A stretch of 64,000 nt of DNA from an uncultured bacterium (lineage in GTDB: Bacteria > Patescibacteriota > Microgenomatia > Levybacterales > UBA12049). The stretch is taken from contig CAWGXL010000011.1 in the NCBI GenBank assembly GCA_963826535.1, positions 728,581-792,580 on the forward strand, in the 5' to 3' direction. Position numbers and translations under genes: made by a program. This document shows positions 18,925 through 28,503 of the stretch, one piece after another; position 1 is the first letter of the stretch; each line of letters opens with the position of its first letter. The notes under the pieces are model-generated. The model did no database searches, was not told where the DNA came from, and saw only the letters and a list, made by a program, of their open reading frames with translations.

Positions 18925-19773
18925 ATGATTGATGAGTTACAGCGTTTCGTACTTGTGGCTAATGAGGGGAATCTTACTAAGGCGGCGCAAAAGATCTTTA
19001 TTACTCAATCTGCTTTGACGCAATCTGTACATAGGTTGGAAAAAGAGATCGGGGCGAAGTTATTTGTGCAAAAAGGCAGGTATCTGCAATTGACAGCTGA
19101 CGGTATTGCCCTCAAAGCTCTTGGTGTAAAAATTTTAGATCTGTGGGAAAAAGCTAAGGATAGCCAAGTACGCGGGTCAATGAAGCCAACGCTCACAATT
19201 GGTATGTTCGATAATGCGGCACAACGTTTGGCGTCATTCGTGCAGAAAAATACTCCGTCGCAAAAATTTTCCCTGGAGTTCATGATCGATAACTCAAGTA
19301 GATTATTGTCTAATTTGCAACTTGGGGTCATTGATATTGCCATTATTGTTAAAGGTACCCATCCTTATCCTAAAGAAATTCTCTGTCTAAAAACTTTTGA
19401 GGAAGAACTTATCCCAGTATCATGCCAATTATTTTCCGGGCCAATGCAGAAGATACCGTTTATTCTTTATAACAAAGGTTCCAATACGCGGGAACAAATA
19501 GATATGATTTTTATAAATAAAGGTATAAGGCCCAAAGTATATGCAGAGTCAACTAGTCCAACTTTTATGAAGGAACTCGCGATTTTGAACTGTGGAGTTG
19601 CTTTACTTCCTGAGAATTTGGTGCAGCAGGAATTGAAGCAGGGAATACTGACAAGGCAAACTCTGCCTGTGAAGTGGAAACGTCAATATGGTATTTTTGT
19701 ACAAAAAAATAATAATTTAGAATATATAAATCTGTTTGTAAACGAAATTGTCCAAATTCTTCAAGCGTATTAA
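18925..19773 (+). CDS. LysR family transcriptional regulator
   Basis: N-terminal HTH NLTKAAQKIFITQSALTQSVHRLEKEIG. Confidence 0.93.
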   Translation: MIDELQRFVLVANEGNLTKAAQKIFITQSALTQSVHRLEKEIGAKLFVQKGRYLQLTADGIALKALGVKILDLWEKAKDSQVRGSMKPTLTIGMFDNAAQRLASFVQKNTPSQKFSLEFMIDNSSRLLSNLQLGVIDIAIIVKGTHPYPKEILCLKTFEEELIPVSCQLFSGPMQKIPFILYNKGSNTREQIDMIFINKGIRPKVYAESTSPTFMKELAILNCGVALLPENLVQQELKQGILTRQTLPVKWKRQYGIFVQKNNNLEYINLFVNEIVQILQAY

Positions 19774-19831
19774 ATTTTAATTTAGGCTTATCTATTTGAA
19801 ATTCTTGTTGGCTCCGTTATAATGCTTACAT

Positions 19832-21349
19832 ATGCTGAAGCTTTATAATTCACTTACACGCAGGATTGAAGAAATTAAAACTATTAATCCTCAGTTTGTT
19901 AATATGTATTCTTGCGGGCCGACGGTGTATCAGTTTGCGCATATTGGAAATTTCCGGGCTTTTTCTACGGCGGATATTTTGGTGAGAGTTTTGCGAGGAG
20001 TAGGAGTAGATTCAAAATTTGTGATGAATATTACGGATGTGGGGCATTTGACAAATGACCAAGTGGGTGGAGCGGATACAGGGGAGGATAAGATAGAGAA
20101 GACAGCAATGAGAGAGGGAAAGAGTGCGCGTGAGGTGGCGGATTTTTATACGGAGGCTTTTTTAAGGGATTATAATGCGCTGAATTTATCCGAGCCTGCA
20201 GTTTTTGCTAAGGCGACTGATCATATAAAGGAACAGATTGAACTTATCGCGCAGCTGACGAAAAAAGGGTTTACGTACAGAACTAATGACGGAGTTTATT
20301 TTGATACGGCAAAATTTCCAAACTACGGGAAAATGTCGTCGCTTGATCAGTTGAAGGAAGGCGCACGGGTAGAAGTAAATCCAGAGAAGCATAACCCGAG
20401 GGATTTTGCGTTGTGGAAGTTTAGTGGCTTAAAATCCCCCCAGCCCCCTTTAAGTAAAGGGGGAGCCGAAGACGGGGGATTTAGTCAGCGTCAAATGGAG
20501 TGGGATAGTCCTTGGGGAGTGGGTTTTCCGGGCTGGCATATTGAATGCAGCGCAATGAGTTTAAAATACTTGACGGAAGCATTTGACTCAAAAGGACGGC
20601 TTAGAATAGAGGGCAAAAAAAATTATACCATTGATATTCATACGGGCGGAGTGGATCATAAGGAGATTCATCATCCGAATGAAATTGCGCAGTCAGAAGG
20701 CGCGACAGGGAAGAAATTTGTTATGTATTGGATGCATACGGCTTTTATGATGGTGGCAGGTCAGAAGATGAGTAAGAGCCTTGGGAATATTTATACTCTC
20801 TATGATCTTGAGAAAGAAGGTTACGATTCCCTGGCATTGAGATACTTATATTTCCAAACACATTACCGGCAGGAGATGAATTTTACTTTTCCAGCATTGG
20901 ATGGTGCATCACAAGCGCTTAAAAAATTACGAATGGAAGTTGCAAAGTGGGGTTTACCAAATGGAAGGGTGCCGGAATTTGAAGAGCGATTTATTGAGGC
21001 GGTAAATGATGATTTGAATATGTCAAAGGCGTTGTCTATTGTTTGGGAGTTGGTGAAATCGGCGAATCCGCCAGCTGCGAAAGCAGGTAGTATTTTTAAA
21101 ATGGATGAAATATTGGGTTTTGATCTACAGAAGGGAAGCGCAGTTCTCGCGACAGAGAGGCAGATAGTTCCTCCTGAAGTGAAGGAACTTTTGCGGGAGA
21201 GAAATGTGCTGCGAAAGGCACGAAAGTTTAGTATGGCAGATCAGATGCGAAAGAAAATTAAGGATCTTGGATATGAGATTGAGGATACAAAGAAAGGGAC
21301 GAGGGTACGAATAATAAATTCAAAATCCAAAATTACAAATTCCAAATAA
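19832..21349 (+). CDS. cysS: Cysteinyl-tRNA synthetase
   Basis: [25 protein letters not shown] and KMSKS motifs. Confidence 0.97.
   Translation: MLKLYNSLTRRIEEIKTINPQFVNMYSCGPTVYQFAHIGNFRAFSTADILVRVLRGVGVDSKFVMNITDVGHLTNDQVGGADTGEDKIEKTAMREGKSAREVADFYTEAFLRDYNALNLSEPAVFAKATDHIKEQIELIAQLTKKGFTYRTNDGVYFDTAKFPNYGKMSSLDQLKEGARVEVNPEKHNPRDFALWKFSGLKSPQPPLSKGGAEDGGFSQRQMEWDSPWGVGFPGWHIECSAMSLKYLTEAFDSKGRLRIEGKKNYTIDIHTGGVDHKEIHHPNEIAQSEGATGKKFVMYWMHTAFMMVAGQKMSKSLGNIYTLYDLEKEGYDSLALRYLYFQTHYRQEMNFTFPALDGASQALKKLRMEVAKWGLPNGRVPEFEERFIEAVNDDLNMSKALSIVWELVKSANPPAAKAGSIFKMDEILGFDLQKGSAVLATERQIVPPEVKELLRERNVLRKARKFSMADQMRKKIKDLGYEIEDTKKGTRVRIINSKSKITNSK
20432..20482 (+). repeat. Coding palindrome (CCCCCTTT..AAAGGGGG family) in cysS
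   Basis: Encodes [17 protein letters not shown] between ALWKFS and RQMEW. Confidence 0.9.
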
Positions 21350-21445
21350 ATACAAATATTTAAATTCAAATATCAAAACATGTTTTGGATTTAATTATTT
21401 TAAATTTGATATTATTTGTGATTTGGTGCTTTGAATTTTTGATTT
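21316..21445. repeat. AT-rich heptamer hairpin element without the GC insert; supplies the cysS C-terminus and stop
   Basis: Matches the 3562 and 8201 copies minus the 30-nt insert. Confidence 0.85.
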
Positions 21446-21452
21446 AATTATT

Positions 21453-22520
21453 ATGCATTTTAAAGATTTTCTTAAGGATTCTGCGAAAGAGATAGATAAG
21501 GAATTAGAGCTGTACTTTACAAAATGGAGTAGAGATGTTGAACATATTTCTCCAAGGCTTTTGCCCTACGCTAATGCTTTGGCTGATGCTTGCCGCGGGG
21601 GGAAAAGGATTAGGGGGGCACTTGTGAAGTTGGGATATATGATGGCGAATGGCGAGCGAATGGCGAATAGAAACGAGATTTTAAAGGTGGCTGTTGCATT
21701 TGAGATCTTTCAGGCGGCAATATTGGCTCATGATGATATTATTGATAAAAGCTTGCTTCGTCGGGGGAAACCGTCGCTTTATTCACAACTAGGCGGAGAC
21801 CATTCAGGAGTTTCAAGGGCTATTTGTCTTGGGGATATTGGATTTTTTTTGGCTTTTCAGTTGATAGCAGCTAGCGACTTTCCAGATAAATCTAAAAATA
21901 ACGCATTGGGGTTTTTCAGTAGGATGATGCTAGACACTGGTATAGGGGAATTATTGGATGTAGAGTTGGGACAAATCCCCCCCAACCCCCCTTTAATAAA
22001 GGGGGGCAATGGGGGATTTCTTTATGATGATGTTATTACTGTATATAAGTTTAAAACGGCTTATTATTCGATTTCTGCTCCTTTAATGGTTGGTGGCGTA
22101 CTTGGAGGGCTTGAGGATTATAAAATTAACGCGATCAGAATATTTGGACAGAATTTGGGAATCGCTTTTCAGATACAGGATGATATTAATGACATATTTT
22201 CGGAAGAAAAGCTGTTGGGGAAAGAATTGGGCGGAGATATAAAGGAGGGGAAGCAAACATTACTGTATATCTATGCCAAGGAACACGCAAATAGAAAACA
22301 GAGAGATTTACTTAAGAAATATTATGGAAACTCTGAAATCGGACTGCCGGAGCTCGCGGATATAAAAGAAGTGTTTAAAAAGAGTGGGGCGCTTGAATAC
22401 GCGTCATCCGAGGCCGAGAGATACGCTCACAAGGCAACGGAATCTATTCCTGAAATTACGCAAAATGAAAAGTTTCGTAAAATGTTTTTTGAGATGGCGG
22501 AGTATTTTGTGAAAAAATGA
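21453..22520 (+). CDS. Polyprenyl diphosphate synthase (IspA/GGPPS family)
   Basis: GGKRIR, HDDIID..RRG, KTA, FQIQDD and DIKEGK motifs. Confidence 0.93.
   Translation: MHFKDFLKDSAKEIDKELELYFTKWSRDVEHISPRLLPYANALADACRGGKRIRGALVKLGYMMANGERMANRNEILKVAVAFEIFQAAILAHDDIIDKSLLRRGKPSLYSQLGGDHSGVSRAICLGDIGFFLAFQLIAASDFPDKSKNNALGFFSRMMLDTGIGELLDVELGQIPPNPPLIKGGNGGFLYDDVITVYKFKTAYYSISAPLMVGGVLGGLEDYKINAIRIFGQNLGIAFQIQDDINDIFSEEKLLGKELGGDIKEGKQTLLYIYAKEHANRKQRDLLKKYYGNSEIGLPELADIKEVFKKSGALEYASSEAERYAHKATESIPEITQNEKFRKMFFEMAEYFVKK
21972..22019 (+). repeat. Coding palindrome in the prenyl synthase
   Basis: Encodes QIPPNPPLIKGGNGGF. Confidence 0.9.
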
Positions 22521-22526
22521 TAATTT

Positions 22527-23315
22527 ATGACTAAAAATATAATTCCAAAACATATAGCTTTTATTATGGATGGTAATAGGCGGTGGGCGAGAAAGAGAAT
22601 GTTGCCGGTTATTGCGGGGCATCATAAGGGTGCGGAATTGATTGAGCCACTCGTGGAGTATGCTGCGAAGCGGGGCATAAGCCATATTACTTTTTGGGCA
22701 TTTTCTTCTGAGAATTGGAAGCGGGGGGATAAAGAGTTAGGGTTTTTGATGCGAGTTTTTCGAGAGTTTATAAAGAGTGCAGTTGTTAATAGAATGATGG
22801 AGAAAGGTGTGAGTGTGAAGGTTATTGGTGATATTGAATCTTTCCCGGAAGATATTGTCATGGGTGTTAAGGAGATTGTTGAAAAGAGTAGAAATAATAA
22901 GACGATTACAGCAACTTTCGCGCTGAATTATGGAGGAAGACAAGAAATTTTATTGGCAGTAAATACACTTTTGAAGGAGTATATGAGTTCGAATAAAAAT
23001 TTTCAGTTGTTGGAAACTGAAATCCGAAATCCGAAATCCGAAATCCGAAACAATGTTCAAAATTCAAATAACAAATTTTCAAAACAATTAATCAATGAGA
23101 AGATATTTTCTTCCTATCTTTATACTTCCGATTTGCCGGATCCGGATTTGATTGTGAGGACCGGTGGGGAGATGAGGTTAAGTGGTTTTTTGCCTTGGCA
23201 GACTGTGTATAGTGAATTGTATTTTACGGATAAATATTGGCCGGATTTTGATGAGAAACAATTTGAACTAGCACTGGAAGAATATGGAAATAGAGAAAGA
23301 AGATTTGGGAAATGA
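22527..23315 (+). CDS. uppS: Undecaprenyl diphosphate synthase
   Basis: HIAFIMDGNRRWA, FSSENWKR, NYGGR and RTGGEMRLSGF motifs. Confidence 0.96.
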   Translation: MTKNIIPKHIAFIMDGNRRWARKRMLPVIAGHHKGAELIEPLVEYAAKRGISHITFWAFSSENWKRGDKELGFLMRVFREFIKSAVVNRMMEKGVSVKVIGDIESFPEDIVMGVKEIVEKSRNNKTITATFALNYGGRQEILLAVNTLLKEYMSSNKNFQLLETEIRNPKSEIRNNVQNSNNKFSKQLINEKIFSSYLYTSDLPDPDLIVRTGGEMRLSGFLPWQTVYSELYFTDKYWPDFDEKQFELALEEYGNRERRFGK

Positions 23316-23344
23316 AGTTTGGTTTTTGTTTGTCAGTTGACGGA

Positions 23345-23944
23345 TTAGATTTTAGCCGTTGGAGTAGGGTTTTTGAGTTTTTTTCCGTTTTTGAGACCTA
23401 CGAATTGATTGGTACCTGAATGTAATTTGTGAGTAAATGTTATTTGCCTGTTAGGAAGAATATTTTTAGTATCGTATTGAAGTATTATTTTCATAAGCGC
23501 GATGCTTTTTTTAAGTGCAGCGGGTAAGAGGTCGTGATCTTTTAAGGAGCAACTGATATGGATATGGAACAATCCTTTTGGATCGCGTTTCCAGTTCCAT
23601 CTGGTTCTTCCGGAATAGACCGCAGATTTATATCCTTTGGCGATCTTCGACTGACACATGTATTCCAGAAGAATATGTTCGAATAAATGACCGATTTCGG
23701 TCTTTTTTACTTCTTGAAAAAAGGGTAGGTTTTCGTCATTGAAGCATTCAGTCGTGAGGACGCTTGGTAAGAAATTTTTTAAAACGTCGAAGACATGGGG
23801 GATGTCTGCTGTATTAATTGGGTCTCTTAGCATCAGCATTTTAATTTTTGTGGAGTTTGTATTTTGTTGGATGAAAAGTGAGAAAATATTCTCGATATTG
23901 TAAGTATTTGGATAGGAAAGTGGTGTCAGTAATTGATTCTTCAT
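23345..23944 (-). CDS. Stand-alone cyanophycin synthetase N-domain-like protein
   Basis: C-x18-HLFEH motif and GRT, resembling the CphA1 N domain. Confidence 0.6.
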   Translation of the reverse strand: MKNQLLTPLSYPNTYNIENIFSLFIQQNTNSTKIKMLMLRDPINTADIPHVFDVLKNFLPSVLTTECFNDENLPFFQEVKKTEIGHLFEHILLEYMCQSKIAKGYKSAVYSGRTRWNWKRDPKGLFHIHISCSLKDHDLLPAALKKSIALMKIILQYDTKNILPNRQITFTHKLHSGTNQFVGLKNGKKLKNPTPTAKI

Positions 23945-24064
23945 TTAGGCACAGCATTTACGTTTTTCTTACTGGTACTTTACTAACTTTATACATTTTT
24001 AAAAAACATGTCAAGCTGGTCAGGTATTTGATTTCAGCCATAATTTTTGTAATAATATATTGTA

Positions 24065-24283
24065 ATGAATCACATTTTGAAAGCTCAGACTATTATACGA
24101 AACCCGGCACTGGTTCATAAGGTGAAGGGCATAATAAGAAAGGGAATAAAAAGCGATGAAGAGATTAAGGCGTATGTTATAAAAAGATTGAATGATGATT
24201 TTCAAAATGAAATGAGTCAAATTGAGGAGGAGCAGGAAAAGATACTTAGGGAATTTACCGAACTAAAGAAAAATGAACAGTGA
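24065..24283 (+). CDS. Small hypothetical protein
   Basis: ORF overlapping the start of the next gene. Confidence 0.55.
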   Translation: MNHILKAQTIIRNPALVHKVKGIIRKGIKSDEEIKAYVIKRLNDDFQNEMSQIEEEQEKILREFTELKKNEQ

Positions 24284-25325
24284 ACCTGGAGAAAAATTGG
24301 TGGAAAGGCCTAAAGAGAAAAGAGAGTCAAAAACTATTCCAACGATTACGGAAGCACTTGTTAGAACGGTCGTTGAAAATTTGGGTGGCATGAATAAGTC
24401 TTTAGACCGTGTCGAAAAGCGCAATGTCTCTATTGAGGAAGGGGCTGCAAATATTCCGGGTGAACAAGGAGACAAAATTAAAGTGCGAAGCCGGGGACTT
24501 CTAGATCGGGCTAAAAATACTACGAAGCGTTATAAGGAAGCATTGGCTATGTATGCTCGACTTATTGTAATCGGCAGTATAGGTGGCGCTATACCTACAA
24601 TGCAGGAACCGGTATATCATGAGGCGACTTATCAGGAACAGGTTGCGCGGGCAAGATGGGAAATGGAGACAAAAGGGATTACTACAGAACAAAGGGGGAC
24701 TTATGTGCCTGTAGTGAATGATCTTATTAATAAAAGTGTGTTACCATTTGGTTATGGAGGAGAACAAAGTACGAGTGGTTCAATTATTCCACTACAAGCT
24801 ATAAAGGAAGCAATACCAAATATAATTTTTGGGAGGATATCCGATGTGCCAACTGCTGAGGATGCGTGGCGGCTGTATCTTGGAATTCCCCAGAAGAATA
24901 AAACATTTGACATATCTGATTACCAGCCGTCAAAAAGCACGGAGCAAAAATATTATTATAAAATTAATGATTTTTGGGAGAAATTGGTCGAAGAAAACCA
25001 TGGAGATGGCCGGGCAATGGTGCGGAAAGCGCTATATTGGATGGAAGAAGGAGGACTGCCAGAGCCAAGAGGTATTAATGTGATGCTTAATTTTAAGATG
25101 CATAAAGGTGAAGATGAGAGGGGTTCTTATATCTCATATTATGACATATGGGATCTTGATAAGATTCCGATTGAGGGGAATGGATTTTTTGGTAAACCGT
25201 ATGAGTTATATGACCGCTTATATTATAATCCTAAAACATTAGAGCCAATCCGGTTGGTTGAATTACCTACATCTTCACAGGGGCAGAGAAAAGAAAATAC
25301 CGCTGTAGTTGGAGGTAAAAGATGA
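24273..25325 (+). CDS. Hypothetical protein (SYYDIWDL...YDRLYY C-terminal domain)
   Basis: 350-aa ORF coupled to its neighbours. Confidence 0.7.
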   Translation: MNSEPGEKLVERPKEKRESKTIPTITEALVRTVVENLGGMNKSLDRVEKRNVSIEEGAANIPGEQGDKIKVRSRGLLDRAKNTTKRYKEALAMYARLIVIGSIGGAIPTMQEPVYHEATYQEQVARARWEMETKGITTEQRGTYVPVVNDLINKSVLPFGYGGEQSTSGSIIPLQAIKEAIPNIIFGRISDVPTAEDAWRLYLGIPQKNKTFDISDYQPSKSTEQKYYYKINDFWEKLVEENHGDGRAMVRKALYWMEEGGLPEPRGINVMLNFKMHKGEDERGSYISYYDIWDLDKIPIEGNGFFGKPYELYDRLYYNPKTLEPIRLVELPTSSQGQRKENTAVVGGKR

Positions 25326-25912
25326 CAAACGAGGAATTGGTGGCAGCTTGGGTTAAGCAGGTGAATAGATTAATTTCGCTAGGTTTTAATCGAGAAATTG
25401 GAAAATCGGAAGGTACATATCGTCGCTTATTACCTTTATTTACTCATCAGCCTGAAGCATACAAAGGTAGATTTGAAATTCCTTTACTAGTTGATCCACG
25501 AATTTCACTCAAGAAACAGCATAAATTAGCCGGAATAAGTTCAACTATACATGAAGAGAAGATTGTAGATACTATAAAAATTCCTGATGTTCCATATGCG
25601 ATTTGGACACATGATGCTAATCGATACCGTCAATTTTCAGTGAAAGACGCAATCGGTAAATTTCAAGCTGATGAAATGAGTTGTCCTCAAATGGAGGTGA
25701 CTGCACTGTATATTCAATACCCTGAGTTTTTTAAAGATCATGGGGTAGATGCAACCGGCTCACTATATGGCGCAGATGGTGTGCCTTGTATCAATACTTT
25801 TTTTGGTAAGCCGGAGATGAGTCATGGGTCTCTTGATCATCCTGATAGCCGTTGGGGTCCATTATCCAGGGGGCGCAAAATTCAATTTGCTGCAAATATT
25901 TCTGGGCATTGA
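25322..25912 (+). CDS. Hypothetical protein with CLec/DUF5701-like tail
   Basis: PLLVDPR; GS.YG...VP...P.....D..DSRWGPLSRG tail. Confidence 0.65.
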   Translation: MTNEELVAAWVKQVNRLISLGFNREIGKSEGTYRRLLPLFTHQPEAYKGRFEIPLLVDPRISLKKQHKLAGISSTIHEEKIVDTIKIPDVPYAIWTHDANRYRQFSVKDAIGKFQADEMSCPQMEVTALYIQYPEFFKDHGVDATGSLYGADGVPCINTFFGKPEMSHGSLDHPDSRWGPLSRGRKIQFAANISGH

Positions 25913-25963
25913 CAAGCATTTAGTTATTGTGTTTTAATATTGTTATCTTCAGTGTAGAAGTAA

Positions 25964-26001
25964 GACAAGGAAGTCCTCGGTAAAGTTAAGACAAGGAAGT
26001 C
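25964..26001 (+). promoter_or_regulatory. Dual hexaloop hairpins of ANTAR-target type upstream of amtB
   Basis: GAC-AAGGAA-GTC at 25964-25975 and 25990-26001; loop A1 and G4; downstream of TTGACA at 25909. Confidence 0.65.
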
Positions 26002-26012
26002 CACAATACGGT

Positions 26013-26143
26013 AAATTCAAAATTCAAAATTACAAATCCTAAATAATATCAAAATTCAAATAACTAAATCCAAAACGTGTTTTGATATTTGAATTTAAAT
26101 ATTTGTATTTATTTGGAATTTGGTGCTTTGAGTTTTGAATTTT
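26013..26143. repeat. AT-rich heptamer hairpin element with inverted core
   Basis: Core 26038-26117 closely matches the reverse complement of core 21341-21420. Confidence 0.85.
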
Positions 26144-26150
26144 GTTAATT

Positions 26151-27380
26151 ATGGAGAATATTAATTCAGGGGATACAGCTTGGTTACTTGCTTCGGCGGC
26201 TTTGGTTATGATTATGACTCCGGCGCTGGGGTTTTTCTATGGGGGGCTAGTGCGGCGAAAAAATGTTCTCTCTACGATCATGCATAGCTTTTTTATTCTG
26301 GCGCTTATTAGTGTGCAGTGGGTGCTTTTTGGATATAGTCTTGCATTCGGGCCGGATTACTATGGGATTATTGGTAATCTTTCATGGATTGGATTAAATG
26401 GGGTGGGTCTCGAACCAAATGCGGATTATGCGGGGACTGTTCCTCATATGGCTTTTATGGCGTTTCAGATGATGTTTGCGGTTATTACACCTGCTCTTAT
26501 TACCGGGGCTTTTGCGGAGAGAAAAAAGTTTAAAGCATTTGTATTGTTTAGCTTATTGTGGGCAACGCTGGTTTATGATCCTGTTGCGCATTGGGTTTGG
26601 GGGACAGGCGGTTGGTTACGGGCACTGGGGGCATTGGATTTTGCGGGAGGAACTGTTGTGCATATTACGTCAGGAGTGTCTGCATTGGTTGCCGCGATTA
26701 TGTTGGGAAAACGCAGCGGTTTTGGCCATACACGCATGGATCCGCATGATGCTACCATGACTATTTTGGGCGCGGCTCTTCTTTGGTTTGGTTGGTTCGG
26801 GTTTAATGCAGGAAGCGCGCTGACTTCGGGGGCATTGGCAGCCTTGGCATTTGTTACTACCAATACGGCGGCTGCGATGGGGGCTCTTACTTGGATGACT
26901 ATGGATTGGGTTGTTCATAAAAGGCCGAGTGTTTTGGGTATGGCGGCCGGAGCAGTGGCAGGACTCGTTGCAATCACACCGGCAGCGGGATTTGTGACAG
27001 TCACGGCAGCAATAATTATTGGTTTTGCCGCTGGAATATTGTGTTTCTCAGCTATAAAGTTGAAGAATAAATTGAAGATTGATGATGCTTTGGATGTATT
27101 TGCAGTGCATGGGGTTGGAGGGACTGTTGGCGCTATTGCAGTGGGTATTTTTGCAACAGTCACAGTGAATTCAGCAGGTGTGAATGGATTATTCTATGGT
27201 AATCCAAATCAACTTGTTATTCAATTGACTGCCGTTGTATCCGTGTGGATCTATTCAATGATTATGACTTTTATTATTTTGAAGGTTGTAGACTTAGTTG
27301 TGGGTACTCGAGTTGATAAGAAAGAGGAAATATTGGGGCTTGATATGTCGCAACATGGGGAAAGCGCATATAGATTGTAA
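26151..27380 (+). CDS. amtB: Ammonium transporter
   Basis: FFYGG, FQMMFA, DFAGGTVVH, WFGWFGFNAGS and DDALDVFAVHG motifs. Confidence 0.97.
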   Translation: MENINSGDTAWLLASAALVMIMTPALGFFYGGLVRRKNVLSTIMHSFFILALISVQWVLFGYSLAFGPDYYGIIGNLSWIGLNGVGLEPNADYAGTVPHMAFMAFQMMFAVITPALITGAFAERKKFKAFVLFSLLWATLVYDPVAHWVWGTGGWLRALGALDFAGGTVVHITSGVSALVAAIMLGKRSGFGHTRMDPHDATMTILGAALLWFGWFGFNAGSALTSGALAALAFVTTNTAAAMGALTWMTMDWVVHKRPSVLGMAAGAVAGLVAITPAAGFVTVTAAIIIGFAAGILCFSAIKLKNKLKIDDALDVFAVHGVGGTVGAIAVGIFATVTVNSAGVNGLFYGNPNQLVIQLTAVVSVWIYSMIMTFIILKVVDLVVGTRVDKKEEILGLDMSQHGESAYRL

Positions 27381-27425
27381 GCCCTCCTTCGCTAAAGCTA
27401 CGGCGAGGTAAAGAGGTGGAAGTTT

Positions 27426-27527
27426 ATGATTGATTGGCTAACTATACTTTCATTTGTGACATTTGCTATTTTGCTCATTGCCTGGATAGCATTACCGGGC
27501 ACCATTAGGTACCCGGATTCAGCTTAA
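27426..27527 (+). CDS. Unannotated 33-aa single-TM small protein
   Basis: MIDWLTILSFVTFAILLIAWIALPGTIRYPDSA; preceded by AGAGGTGG. Confidence 0.5.
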   Translation: MIDWLTILSFVTFAILLIAWIALPGTIRYPDSA

Positions 27528-27647
27528 GTTATACAAGATTTTGTATAACTGACTTCATAACTAATTGGCTTGAGCTCATAACCGAAGTTCTAACCCATAC
27601 TCTTCTAAAATGCGAGGGGATCTACTTTGAATATTTTGTAAATTAAT

Positions 27648-27863
27648 CTACATACTTGCCGTCTTACCCATACTCATTCCAAGAGCTTGCATAACGTCTT
27701 CGGCTGATTTATATGTTCCTTCAGGAAGATTGCTTTCAAACCATTTTTTATCCTCATCCGAAAAATCAGATAGCATATTGCATTCTGCTACAAGTTCTTC
27801 TTTCGTAGCCGGATACTTTTGGTGTTGTTTTAGATGCATGCTAGCATTTTTCATGTCCTTCAT
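27648..27863 (-). CDS. Small DUF2795/MTH865-like protein
   Basis: YPATKEELV...LPEGTYKSAEDV motif; SD-like GGTGG upstream. Confidence 0.7.
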   Translation of the reverse strand: MKDMKNASMHLKQHQKYPATKEELVAECNMLSDFSDEDKKWFESNLPEGTYKSAEDVMQALGMSMGKTASM

Positions 27864-27916
27864 AAATTTTCCACCACCTTGTATGTTAGTAACTAATGTT
27901 AAACTATACCTTCCTT

Positions 27917-27981
27917 GTCATTCCCATGAAAATGGGAATCTATACAAATAAAGTTGTGGATTCCCGCTTTCGCGGGAATGA
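27917..27981. repeat. Pair of ATTCCC-N8-GGGAAT (dRS3-like) palindromes
   Basis: attcccatgaaaatgggaat and attcccgctttcgcgggaat; third copy at 54616-54641. Confidence 0.85.
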
Positions 27982-28155
27982 TGATGTGTATGTTGTTACT
28001 AATTTTAGTTTCGCAAGAATATAATGGAATAATATAAAGGAAGCGTATTGGGTTGGTAAGAGATTTGAGGCGGAAGATTCAAAACGTTTTTCAGAGATGG
28101 TAAGGATGGGGGATGGGATTTGTGTGTTTAAGTATAAGAAGATGTATTAACTTTT

Positions 28156-28503
28156 TTACCTGCGAATCGGTGTAGGGGATGGTTTAGATGGTAATGGATA
28201 GAAGGTGGGGGTGGGTTTAGGACGGCAGAAGCCGGATTTGCAATTTTTCGAGCAACACTGGACGCTTATAAAGCAATTACTATTGAGGCTGCGGCATGCA
28301 GATGCCGGCGCGGGGGAGTTTCTTATTAGTAGGGACGAAGGATTTGCGGCATGCGCTGCTGTTTGTTGCCTGGTATATTTCTGTGTGTAAGTTATTGTCA
28401 TTGTGGCAATGAGAAACAAAAATATTAACAAAGTTGCTAAAAGAGGTATAAAATTTTCTCTAAAGAAATTGCGGGAACGGTTTTTATTCCTAGTCAATGC
28501 CAT
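28156..28503 (-). CDS. Membrane-anchored protein with knottin-like C-C-CC-C-C motif
   Basis: N-terminal TM; CRSLNSNCFISVQCCSKNCKSGFC. Confidence 0.7.
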   Translation of the reverse strand: MALTRNKNRSRNFFRENFIPLLATLLIFLFLIATMTITYTQKYTRQQTAAHAANPSSLLIRNSPAPASACRSLNSNCFISVQCCSKNCKSGFCRPKPTPTFYPLPSKPSPTPIRR

